Positions 40,994 to 49,902 of a stretch of 64,000 nt of DNA are shown here, piece after piece. The stretch's first letter is position 1; every line of letters starts with the position of its first letter. This stretch comes from an uncultured Methanosarcinaceae archaeon. GTDB taxonomy: Archaea > Halobacteriota > Methanosarcinia > Methanosarcinales > Methanosarcinaceae. The DNA is taken from the NCBI GenBank assembly GCA_963847185.1, contig CAWJYV010000007.1, positions 256,001-320,000 of the forward strand. Reading direction: 5' to 3'. Below the pieces are notes generated by a model, which made no database searches, was not told the DNA's origin, and saw only the letters and a list, made by a program, of their open reading frames with translations. The position numbers were made by a program, and so were the translations under genes.

Positions 40994-42514
40994 TCAGGCT
41001 ACTTCTCCTGCCTTCTCAAATACAACATCAAATACCTTTGGTTTCTCCAGCAGGAGCCGTATCTCGTTCAAGTTGCTTGCGATCTCGTAGATGTCTGTGT
41101 TTTTAGACCGGTATTTAATCAGAATTTCCTGCCCATCCTGCCCAGAAATCCATATATTCTCTTTCAGGGTATTTTCAAGGGCTTTTTCTTCTTCTTGAAT
41201 CTGTTTTTTAAAGTAGTTCAGTCTGTCCTCCAGATTTTCATACTCTTTTTCATAGAGTTTTTTGTCTCCGTAATCTAGACTGATTTTGAATTCAAATCCG
41301 TATTTCCTGCGGAACCTGTCTGCTACGGATTCAAAGCTCAGGGAGCTGTTTATATTACTGAAATCGAGCCCGAAACTATAGGTATGGTTAGGGAATTCAA
41401 TATGGTGCTTCAGGAGGTCAAGCGAGTTGTCAAATGTAAGGCTCTTCTGGACCTTCGTTCCGGAAAACCTTGAGCTTCTAATGCCGTCTGTTTTCTTCTC
41501 CTCTTCAAAACACTTATTGCAGGCTACAAGGTCAGGAAGTTCTTTTTGCAGGCAGCTATAAATCGAATTTCTCAGGTCAATAACATCCATTTTCAGTTTT
41601 CTTGTATCCGTACCTCCGGAAACCACCCTATCCATGATAAGCTTCCGTATAGTTTCCCTCTGTTCAGGAACGTCCCAGAGCATATGCTGGAGCAGCACGA
41701 CAGTCATCCTGTTTACGCTTGCATGCCCGTTTGTAGCTGAGGCGACTTTCAGCACATTTATGATTTTTTTCCAGCGCCTGTCTGAGACAACTATATTGGA
41801 GTTTTTAAGCTCTCTCCTGAGTCCCTTTATTATTGTCCGAACCTCAGGGTCAACTTGGAGATCTCTGGCTTTCCTCCGGATTTCTCTTATTTCTTCTATC
41901 CCGAGCTTAGTTGAAGGTAAGAAGTCTTCTGCATTTTCAAAGATAATGTCTTCAAGGTTTTCTTCGTGCTGGATATAATCCACTCTGTATCTGAAAAGAA
42001 AACGGTCGTACAGAGCTTCAAGGCTTTCATCTTCTTCAGGCAGCTCATTGGATGCCCCGAAAACGGAAAAAAGGGGAACTTCAAGAATCTCTTTTCCATT
42101 ATGGTACTTCCTTTCGTTCAGAACGGTTAGCAGGCTGTTTAAAATGGAACTGTTTGCTTTGAATATCTCATCAAGAAGCGCTATATGGGCAGTTGGCAGA
42201 TAGCCTTCTACCCGCCTGCTGAACTCATCTCTCTCAAGCGCCTTTAAGGAAAGTGGCCCAAATATTTCTTCAGGGGTCGAAAAACGGGTCAAGAGATAAT
42301 GAAAGAAATTTCCTCCCTCTATGGTCTCACAGATTTTACTTGCAAGCAGGGTTTTTGCAGTTCCCGGGGGACCAAGCAGAAGGACGTGTTCTCCTGACAG
42401 AAGTGCAAGAAGAGAGCCATTGATTTCGGCATCTCTTTCTTTAAAGTAAGCTGAGAATTCCTGTTTGATATTAATAACTATATTTTTTAAATCCAGAACT
42501 TTCATAAATTCCAA
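40994..42514 (-). CDS. MoxR-family AAA+ ATPase, RavA-like
   Basis: GPPGTAKT, LTRFSTPEEIFGP, LLDEIFKANSSILNSLL, ASNELP, EALYDRF, SDRRW. Confidence 0.92.
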   Translation of the reverse strand: MEFMKVLDLKNIVINIKQEFSAYFKERDAEINGSLLALLSGEHVLLLGPPGTAKTLLASKICETIEGGNFFHYLLTRFSTPEEIFGPLSLKALERDEFSRRVEGYLPTAHIALLDEIFKANSSILNSLLTVLNERKYHNGKEILEVPLFSVFGASNELPEEDESLEALYDRFLFRYRVDYIQHEENLEDIIFENAEDFLPSTKLGIEEIREIRRKARDLQVDPEVRTIIKGLRRELKNSNIVVSDRRWKKIINVLKVASATNGHASVNRMTVVLLQHMLWDVPEQRETIRKLIMDRVVSGGTDTRKLKMDVIDLRNSIYSCLQKELPDLVACNKCFEEEKKTDGIRSSRFSGTKVQKSLTFDNSLDLLKHHIEFPNHTYSFGLDFSNINSSLSFESVADRFRRKYGFEFKISLDYGDKKLYEKEYENLEDRLNYFKKQIQEEEKALENTLKENIWISGQDGQEILIKYRSKNTDIYEIASNLNEIRLLLEKPKVFDVVFEKAGEVA

Positions 42515-43005
42515 AACCTTTATAAATTTCTTTTTTCCAGCATCTCATCTATAATATATGAAAAGAATCTTATAAGGATCTATAAAGATTGTTATAACTG
42601 TAAGCTACAGAAGCCGGTTAGGAAGATCTAAAAATGAATTCACCATTTTTATGGGCTTTACCTTGTTTATTATCCCAAAAATCCTGGTTAATTACCCCAA
42701 AAAATTTCTAATCCTTAACCATCAACACGCCTACTGATTATACTTTCTTCTTACTGATATACTTTTCTGTATTGAAAACTTGAATTTGGAGCCTACTTTA
42801 TTTAATAAATCCTATTGTTTCCTGCTATCCGAAGAGATTATGCATGAAGAAGTCAATCACTACTGAAATGATTTTAATTTCTCTGGATAATAGGTCTCTA
42901 CAAGTTAATAGCGTTCCGAAGGATAGTAGCTTTTGAGATGTCGTATTCTTGAGACTAATGAGAAAAAAGAGACCTGAGAAAAATCAATATTTTGGAGAGA
43001 TTTAG

Positions 43006-43734
43006 ATGAATGATTTTGAGCGTGAAAAATATAGCCGGCAGATCCTTCTTTTTGGGGAAGAGGGACAGGAAAAGCTGAAAAACGCAAAAGTGCTGGTTGC
43101 TGGAGCAGGCGGGCTCGGAAGTCCGGTTTCCACATATCTTGCAATAGCCGGTATCGGGACGATAATTCTTGCAGATTTTGATTCCGTGGATCTCAGCAAT
43201 CTTAACAGGCAGTTTCTTCATCACGAAAAAGATCTCGGAAGGGCTAAGGTGGAATCTGCAAAGGAGAAGCTTCTTTCTATGAATCCGGGAATTGAGGTTG
43301 AAACCATAGGGGAAATGCTTACAGAAGCGAACATCGAATCCCTTGTTCCTGAATGTGATATTATTGTCGATGCCCTTGACAACCTTGAAACGAGACACAT
43401 GATTAATAAACTTGCCATAAAAAGGAAAATTCCCTTCATCCATGGGGCAGTTACGGGTTATGACGGCCAGGTAACGACAATAATTCCCGGAAAAACCCCA
43501 TGTTTCTACTGTATATTTCCGCGAATTTCCAGAAAGGAAGTTTTTCCCGTTTTAGGGGCAACTCCAGGAGTTATAGGCTCTATTCAGGCAAATGAGGTAA
43601 TTAAATTCCTGATAGGAAAAGGAAAACTTCTGGAAGGCCGCCTTTTGTTTTGGAATGGACTTTCAGGAAATTTCAGTGAAATCTCTCTATCAAAACTAAA
43701 CAGCTGCCCTGTTTGCGGACATCTTAATGAATAA
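43006..43734 (+). CDS. ThiF/MoeB/UbaA family E1-like adenylyltransferase
   Basis: YSRQI, GAGGLGS, DFDSVDLSNLNRQ, DALDN, PCFYC and CPVC zinc motifs. Confidence 0.93.
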   Translation: MNDFEREKYSRQILLFGEEGQEKLKNAKVLVAGAGGLGSPVSTYLAIAGIGTIILADFDSVDLSNLNRQFLHHEKDLGRAKVESAKEKLLSMNPGIEVETIGEMLTEANIESLVPECDIIVDALDNLETRHMINKLAIKRKIPFIHGAVTGYDGQVTTIIPGKTPCFYCIFPRISRKEVFPVLGATPGVIGSIQANEVIKFLIGKGKLLEGRLLFWNGLSGNFSEISLSKLNSCPVCGHLNE

Positions 43735-43879
43735 AATGAAATAAAATAAGAATTGATGAGGATAAATGAGATCCTTGCCCTTTTAAGGGGATATTTGCTC
43801 TTTTTCAAGTGAGATAAAACCTTTATTTCAGTTATCTCCCTGTTGATCATTTTTTATATATCTTCAGTAATAATATCTT

Positions 43880-44842
43880 ATGGGATATGTCATAGGAGGA
43901 GATTTCATGAAAAGGAAGGCCAAGGCAGTTAATACTGAAGCTAATTGGCAAGACTACTCAGCATCATTGCTTAAGGGATTTCAAGATCTTAACTCCTGTT
44001 CTCCGTATTTCTCTTATGCTTCTACTCCACATGTTCCCTACCTTGACATTGGAATTTATCGGGAATCCCAGGTTAAGTCACTCATAAAGGCACAAAGTAA
44101 GGATATGTACCGGTTGCTTGAGAAGGTATGTTTTGACGGAAAATACTACAGGATAAAATGTATAAATTCGGGGGGGCGGGAGTACTGCTGGGACCTTGCA
44201 ATCAAAGTTCAGTTTTTCGGGAAAATGCAGGGTATGGTTCTTTATCCCAGGCGTCTGGTTTCCCAGAAAGAAAAAAGGGTCGTTTACAGGTCTGTAATTC
44301 TGGTAAATCCCTACCAGCTCTGGGATGAGGCTCTTGTAAACAGATTCTGGAACTTGCAGGAAAGAGTTGAATTCCTGATAGCCAGAATCCTTTTTCATGA
44401 ATGCATTCATCTTATGATCTCTCTTGGAAATATTCTACCTTCATGTTTCGGGAATACGGACATTTATCTTGAGTTCAGAAAGATACTTGAGATTTCCAGC
44501 TCCAAAAAAGTTTCTTCCGAACTTCATGAGGTGCAGTTCCGCCTCTGGAACCTCGTACTCTTTGGAGCTTCAGGTTCCGAAAGTGAGCAAACTCTGCTCG
44601 AAAGGGTTCAGGAAATCTACGAATTTCTTATTAACGAGAAGTACAGTAACCAGAAAACGGGAAATACTTTTCATTCTTTGCCTGATAATGAAAAACTGGC
44701 CAGAAAATATTCATGGATAGCGGCTGTCAAAGCCGGAGGAGATGTTCAGGTCAGCAAAAAAGTGTGGCAGATTGAAACCCGCAGGTTAAGTATAGCATTA
44801 AGAAAGCTGTATAATGTGATTGATGCGCAACTCGATAATTGA
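43880..44842 (+). CDS. Hypothetical protein with HExxH (zincin-like) motif
   Basis: 320-aa ORF; ILFHECIHLM; alternative start ATG 43907 after AGGAGGAG. Confidence 0.7.
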   Translation: MGYVIGGDFMKRKAKAVNTEANWQDYSASLLKGFQDLNSCSPYFSYASTPHVPYLDIGIYRESQVKSLIKAQSKDMYRLLEKVCFDGKYYRIKCINSGGREYCWDLAIKVQFFGKMQGMVLYPRRLVSQKEKRVVYRSVILVNPYQLWDEALVNRFWNLQERVEFLIARILFHECIHLMISLGNILPSCFGNTDIYLEFRKILEISSSKKVSSELHEVQFRLWNLVLFGASGSESEQTLLERVQEIYEFLINEKYSNQKTGNTFHSLPDNEKLARKYSWIAAVKAGGDVQVSKKVWQIETRRLSIALRKLYNVIDAQLDN

Positions 44843-44861
44843 GCATCCCGAAGTCTTTTAA

Positions 44862-44925
44862 TCCTCTTTTTGCCTTTTCTCTCCTCTTTTTGCCTTTTCT
44901 CTCCTCTTTTTGCCTTTTCTCTCCT
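44862..44925. repeat. Perfect 20-bp tandem repeat x3 between convergent genes
   Basis: (tcctctttttgccttttctc)x3 followed by a partial copy. Confidence 0.92.
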
Positions 44926-44940
44926 TTTTTTGGCTGAACC

Positions 44941-45402
44941 TTATTTTTTTAGAATTTTTATTATTTCCGTTATGTCAGGAAGTTTATGCCCCTCATATTT
45001 TTTGAAGAATAATATTCTCTGTTCCTCATCAATAATTATATTAGCCCTTTCGGAAACTCCTTCCTTTTCCTTGAATATTCCATATGTTCTGGCAAGTTCT
45101 CCATGTGGCCAGAAGTCTGATAGAAGCCTGATGTGCGTAATCCCAAGTTCCCTTGCCCAGGCTCTTTTTGATGGTATGGGATCCACACTTATTCCGAAGA
45201 CTACAGTGTTCAGTCCGGTAAACAATTCATGGTTTTCCTCAAGGGATTTCATCTGTTCTGCACAGACATTGGTCCAGGCCAGAGGGTGGAATGATAAAAG
45301 CACTTTCTTTCCGCTGAAGTCGTAGAGATTCACTTCTTTATGCTTATGATCTCTTAACTTGAAATCTTGAATTTTCTCCCCTATTTTCATCTCATTCATC
45401 AT
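44941..45402 (-). CDS. Peroxiredoxin, AhpE-like (1-Cys)
   Basis: FHPLAWTNVCAEQM (PxxxTxxC), LLSDFWPHGELARTYG, SERANIIID. Confidence 0.9.
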   Translation of the reverse strand: MMNEMKIGEKIQDFKLRDHKHKEVNLYDFSGKKVLLSFHPLAWTNVCAEQMKSLEENHELFTGLNTVVFGISVDPIPSKRAWARELGITHIRLLSDFWPHGELARTYGIFKEKEGVSERANIIIDEEQRILFFKKYEGHKLPDITEIIKILKK

Positions 45403-45410
45403 AAAGCCCC

Positions 45411-45480
45411 CAATTTGATAAAAACTTCCAGCTTGATAAATATTACCAATTTAATAAAAACTTTCAGTTTATAAAACCAT
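45411..45480. repeat. Degenerate 18-bp tandem repeat x4 upstream of peroxiredoxin
   Basis: caatttgataaaaacttc / cagcttgataaatattac / caatttaataaaaacttt / cagtttataaaaccat. Confidence 0.75.
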
Positions 45481-45526
45481 AATCTGCAGGACATTTATGT
45501 AACTTAGCTCCACAAAGTTGAAAGAA

Positions 45527-45580
45527 AGTACGTAAAAGTATATAGGCCATTAATAGTACGTAGAAGTATACAGGTTCATT
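45527..45580. repeat. Direct repeat x2, 28-bp period
   Basis: agtacgtaaaagtatatagg / agtacgtagaagtatacagg. Confidence 0.75.
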
Positions 45581-45650
45581 CAAATCAAAATTTGATATGA
45601 ATATTTGTTCTTAAGGATATCTGGAGAGCCAAATTTCCTCTATTTTTTGC

Positions 45651-46094
45651 CTAGAGATCTTCTGATTGCCAGAATGTAGATTTTTTGATATATGCCTCAA
45701 TCCTCTTCTCATTCCACACGCCTTCCATTCGGGACAAGTTTGAAGCACGGTCTGCAAATTTCAGAGCAATCCCTCGTATAGAATGCAAGTGAGGGAAGTA
45801 CCAGCCTGTATCATCGGCTCGCCGCTCATGAGTTACTTCCTGAACGAGATCAGCTATCTCAGCACCGAATTCATCGGCCAGAATTTTATATGTTACGTCG
45901 GTATCCTCTAATGTATCATGCAGTAGAGCTGCTGCCTGCAGTGCAAAGTCAAAAGGATAAAGTATTTTGATAATTTCAAAGACCTGCCAGCAATGGGTCA
46001 TAAAATAGTCCTTTCCAGCATCGTCAAGCTCTCCAGCATGCGCTTTTGCACCGAATACGATGGCTTTACTTACTTTTGTACTCATATTGTCCAC
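45651..46094 (-). CDS. HD-domain hydrolase, Mesh1/small alarmone hydrolase-like
   Basis: AKAHAG...GKDYFMTH, AAALLHDTLEDT, FGAEIADLVQEVT, LKFADRASNL. Confidence 0.85.
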   Translation of the reverse strand: MDNMSTKVSKAIVFGAKAHAGELDDAGKDYFMTHCWQVFEIIKILYPFDFALQAAALLHDTLEDTDVTYKILADEFGAEIADLVQEVTHERRADDTGWYFPHLHSIRGIALKFADRASNLSRMEGVWNEKRIEAYIKKSTFWQSEDL

Positions 46095-46607
46095 TTAGTC
46101 CATTTTCTTATAAACGATATTTGTCAAGAGATAATGCTGAATCTATATACTTTTTAGGATAGAAAAGTATATTCAAAATTCGATTTCTTATTAATTATTC
46201 AAAAAAAATAATCCCATAATAAAAACTTTCTTGATTACGCCATAAATAGAAACAGACATGTTTTTGAATAGTGGTTTCCCTTCTCACAAATTGCTAGTAA
46301 AGAAGGAATCTAAAATTGTTTGTAATTCTTTTTATTATCATACTCCAGCAGACTAGTTTTTCCATATTTTTTCAAAAAAGCCCACTTTTCGCCACTTCTG
46401 AAATCTATAATATACAGTGCTTGGAGCTCCATAACATCTTGGCAAAGATTTCCATTGACAGCCTGTATTCTAGTAATATCCAGATTGTTGTTTACTATAT
46501 AAAATTTAAACAAAATCGAAAGAGTTATTTACACCAGTCCATTAAGAACATGCTGATAAAGATAAAAGAAATTCTAAATAATAGAGCTTGGACTTGGTTC
46601 ATTATTT

Positions 46608-47279
46608 ATGTTGCCAGATGATTTTGGGTATTGCCTTTTATATGCAGGCATTTTTATTGTATTCGCTTTAATACCTCTTGTATTAAACTTTCGAGATAAA
46701 TATTATCCTGAAAGATTTACATTTCGATCTTTGCTTTTCCTGATAGGGGAAAGTGGGATAATTTATTGTTTAGCTAAGGCATGGTCAGTTATCCCTCCAG
46801 AAGGTTTCTGGTATTACCTTAAATTCGCTGGATTTTGTTTTGTACTCTCTTTGGTACCCATTGTAAATTTTTTTGCATTAACTCCCGAAAATGGACATGC
46901 TAAAAGACCTCCATATGATTTTTTGGTTAATGGGATTCTGTTTTTGTTTTTCCCGATATGGGCAATTTATTCTGTAGGTAAAGCATGGTTTTCCATCCCA
47001 CCAGAGGGTTTCTGGTATTACCTTGTATTCTCTGAAATTTCGGCTATAATCGCTTTAGTATATATCGTATATCTCAAATTAAATACTGGAAATAAATATG
47101 ATAAAAAATCAACTCGTATTTATTTGATGAGTAGAAGTCCATTTTTTGTTTTGATGGTTTTGACAATTTATTTTTTAGCAAAAGCAGTATCATTTATTCC
47201 GCCAGAAATATTTTACGGGCTTGTCTTTGTATTGATTGTTCTCTTCGGTTCTATTCAAAGCTCAAGTAAACAGAACTAA
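46608..47279 (+). CDS. Hypothetical polytopic membrane protein with internal repeats
   Basis: KAWSVIPPEGFWYYL, KAWFSIPPEGFWYYL, KAVSFIPPEIFYGL; about seven hydrophobic segments. Confidence 0.7.
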   Translation: MLPDDFGYCLLYAGIFIVFALIPLVLNFRDKYYPERFTFRSLLFLIGESGIIYCLAKAWSVIPPEGFWYYLKFAGFCFVLSLVPIVNFFALTPENGHAKRPPYDFLVNGILFLFFPIWAIYSVGKAWFSIPPEGFWYYLVFSEISAIIALVYIVYLKLNTGNKYDKKSTRIYLMSRSPFFVLMVLTIYFLAKAVSFIPPEIFYGLVFVLIVLFGSIQSSSKQN

Positions 47280-47587
47280 GTTTACTAAAAATATATTGAA
47301 CTTAAATCATGGCCGTCTTCACTACACGGTTGATGTTTTCATGATTGATTTTCCAAGGGTAGAAATGATTACGCTTGTGAATCAAAGCATGCCTGCCATA
47401 ACCGAATCATCTTACTGAATTGCAAAAAAGGTATGATGTGGCATTAAGAGTGTTTTGGAAATTACGTCAACCAACTAATAGTGTACGATCTATCCGTTGG
47501 TCGTGGAAATTTATGTCCAATTTATATATAGATACTGCCATTTACTCACAGTTCCCCAAAATAGGACTTGAACCAAAAAAAACCAAT

Positions 47588-47659
47588 AGCCGCCGGAGGG
47601 ACTTGAACCCTCGACCTGCTGATTACGAATCAGCCGCTATACCGCTAAGCCACGACGGC
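47588..47659 (-). tRNA. tRNA-Thr(CGT)
   Basis: GCCGTCG...CGGCGGC acceptor stem; anticodon arm GCTGA-TTCGTAA-TCAGC; GGTTCAAGTCC T-arm; no encoded CCA. Confidence 0.96.
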
Positions 47660-47749
47660 AAATTGAAAATCCGAAAATAAGCAGACTTAAAATAACGATC
47701 AAGAATTTAATTATTTCGCTCGTCAAAAGTCTTTTAGCACTTTTGGACC

Positions 47750-48760
47750 TTAAATAACTCTTGTCTCAATACATATATTATACTGATGAGGAGCATAAGA
47801 GCGAACCACTCTTTTCTCCATAACTTCCAGCTTTCTTCCTGCTTTTTCCGTGGCTCCGGTTATGAGTTCGATAGAACTTTCGAAAAGATCGTCTTCAGGA
47901 GTTATTCCATAATAATGGATAATTCCTCCAGGCTTTGTAAGGAGAACAGCAGAATCCAGAAACTCGTGGGCACTGTGAGGAAGGTTCATTATAACATGAT
48001 CAGCAATACCTGCAAACCTTTTTGCTTCTTCTCTGGCATCGCCTTCGATTGCCTCAATATTCTTTACGGAATTAAGGGTTATATTTTCTTTCAGATAGTA
48101 AACTGCGTCAGGATTTTTATCAATTGCTATAACTTTTGAGGGCTTTTTGCTTTTTGCAATCAGGATACTGTAAGGACCTACACCTGCAAACATATCGATA
48201 ACAGTGTCTCCTTCCCTGACCCAGGAGAGAATTCTTGAACGTTCTGTGGAAAGGCGGGGCGTGAAATAAGCCTTTGAAAGGTCAACTTTGTAGCGACAGC
48301 CATATTCCCTATGAATGGTTTCTATCTTGGGTTCGCCTGCTACAATCTCAAACTCCCGAATTCTGAATTCTCCAATTACTGGAGTAAGAGGTCTGAGTAC
48401 GGTTTTTATGTTTGTCTGGGTTCGGAGGAGCGCATCGGCAATTCTTAAAGCTTTCTGTTTATCAAGATCAGGATCTTCCAGCAGAGCAATATCTCCTACA
48501 ACTTCATAGGCAGGGCTGAAACCAAGCAGGTCTTCTGGAACAGGTTTCTTCTCATGGAGCTCGAAATCGCATTCAATAAGTTCAATTTCTTCAGGAAAAC
48601 TCTTCAGCTCATCAGATTCAGGTTCTCTGGTCAAGGGCAGGTAAAGAAATATCTCATCTGCGGCTATTTTTACGGAGTTATCCAGAATCTCAAGCTCAAG
48701 GAGCATTCTTCTTACAGGTTCTCCTTTCTTTTTAAGGACTTTTATACACTGCCGTTCCAT
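47750..48760 (-). CDS. trm5: tRNA (guanine-37-N1)-methyltransferase Trm5 family
   Basis: VVGDIA, HREYGCRYKVD..KAYFTPRL..ER, DMFAGVGPY, IMNLP; N-terminal D1-like domain present. Confidence 0.9.
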   Translation of the reverse strand: MERQCIKVLKKKGEPVRRMLLELEILDNSVKIAADEIFLYLPLTREPESDELKSFPEEIELIECDFELHEKKPVPEDLLGFSPAYEVVGDIALLEDPDLDKQKALRIADALLRTQTNIKTVLRPLTPVIGEFRIREFEIVAGEPKIETIHREYGCRYKVDLSKAYFTPRLSTERSRILSWVREGDTVIDMFAGVGPYSILIAKSKKPSKVIAIDKNPDAVYYLKENITLNSVKNIEAIEGDAREEAKRFAGIADHVIMNLPHSAHEFLDSAVLLTKPGGIIHYYGITPEDDLFESSIELITGATEKAGRKLEVMEKRVVRSYAPHQYNICIETRVI

Positions 48761-49081
48761 AACAAATCGACCTTTTGGAAGCCTAAGGTTATCCTTCTAT
48801 TAATAAGCTCTCTCAAAATTTGTCCAATATTTGTTCAACAATTTCTCTAGCTTTTTATCCTGTCACTTCTTAAGTAATGTGAATGCAACTGGACTTTGAG
48901 GGATGCTAAAATTGGTAATTTTAATGGGTATTAACCAGCTCAGGAAAATCTCGCTTGGATTGCAGGTCTCAACCCTGTTGACATATATGCTTGGATTTCT
49001 TGGATCTATTACACTGAAGCGAGCGGTTCAAAGAAAAAAGGAAGCCCTAAAAATGGGAATATCTTTCAGGAATGATGGAAT

Positions 49082-49738
49082 TCAGGACAGCTGAATTGAA
49101 TGATTGTAATTAAGCATGAAGTAAAACCCAAAAATTACTAGAAATACCCCGCAGGTATAGAGAATATATTTATGCATCTTTTGGGAGAGCAGGTTTTTCC
49201 CACGGCCAAATGATCCGGACACGACAGTAAACCAGCTCAGATCTGCGGTCCAGTGCCCGAACATGTAAGCCATTGCAAATATAATTCCCAGTTCATACTC
49301 CTTAAGTACAAGGGCACCTCCCGCAGTCAGCCACCATATCCAGAAATAGGGGTTTGAAACTGAAGTAACGAGGCCTATCAGGGTAGGGCTGGAAATCAGG
49401 CTCGAGCCTGATGAATCTCGAGAAATTTTTACAGAAGAATCTCCGGCTCTGGCATCTTTTAAGGTAAGAACTCCGAAGATCAAAAGTGAGAGCCCTCCTA
49501 TCAGGAAAATTACAGAAATCATACCATTGTCGACGAGCGAAGCAGCTCCGAGAAGAATCAGGATGTAGAGCAAAACCTCCACGATTATATGACCTAATAC
49601 GACCTGCGGACCTGCAAGCCAGCCTTTTTTCAGGGAAATCTCTATAGTTGCAAAAAGCATAGGTCCTGGAACGAGTGCGCCTGTTAGCCCTATAGAGAAA
49701 CCTAATAGAAAAGCTTTCAAAATTTCGATTGTTATCAT
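49082..49738 (-). CDS. LysE family transporter
   Basis: GALVPGPM, GHIIVE, TSVSNPYFWIWW; about six TM helices. Confidence 0.9.
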   Translation of the reverse strand: MITIEILKAFLLGFSIGLTGALVPGPMLFATIEISLKKGWLAGPQVVLGHIIVEVLLYILILLGAASLVDNGMISVIFLIGGLSLLIFGVLTLKDARAGDSSVKISRDSSGSSLISSPTLIGLVTSVSNPYFWIWWLTAGGALVLKEYELGIIFAMAYMFGHWTADLSWFTVVSGSFGRGKNLLSQKMHKYILYTCGVFLVIFGFYFMLNYNHSIQLS

Positions 49739-49902
49739 TATAGATCAAAAATTTTTTTAAAATTTCTAGATTTTTTTGAAAAAAGCCTCCACACAGAAGA
49801 TCAGATAAATACAAATATCCGGATAAACACAACAAACAGAAAAAATAGAGCATTTCTCTATAACTAGAGAAAAACCTTGCTAAAAGAAAAATGAGGAAGA
49901 AT

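Noticed and set aside
45580-45653. Pyrrolysine read-through of the HD hydrolase TAG stop
   Set aside because: The domain is already complete, and read-through adds only about 20 unremarkable residues before TGA.
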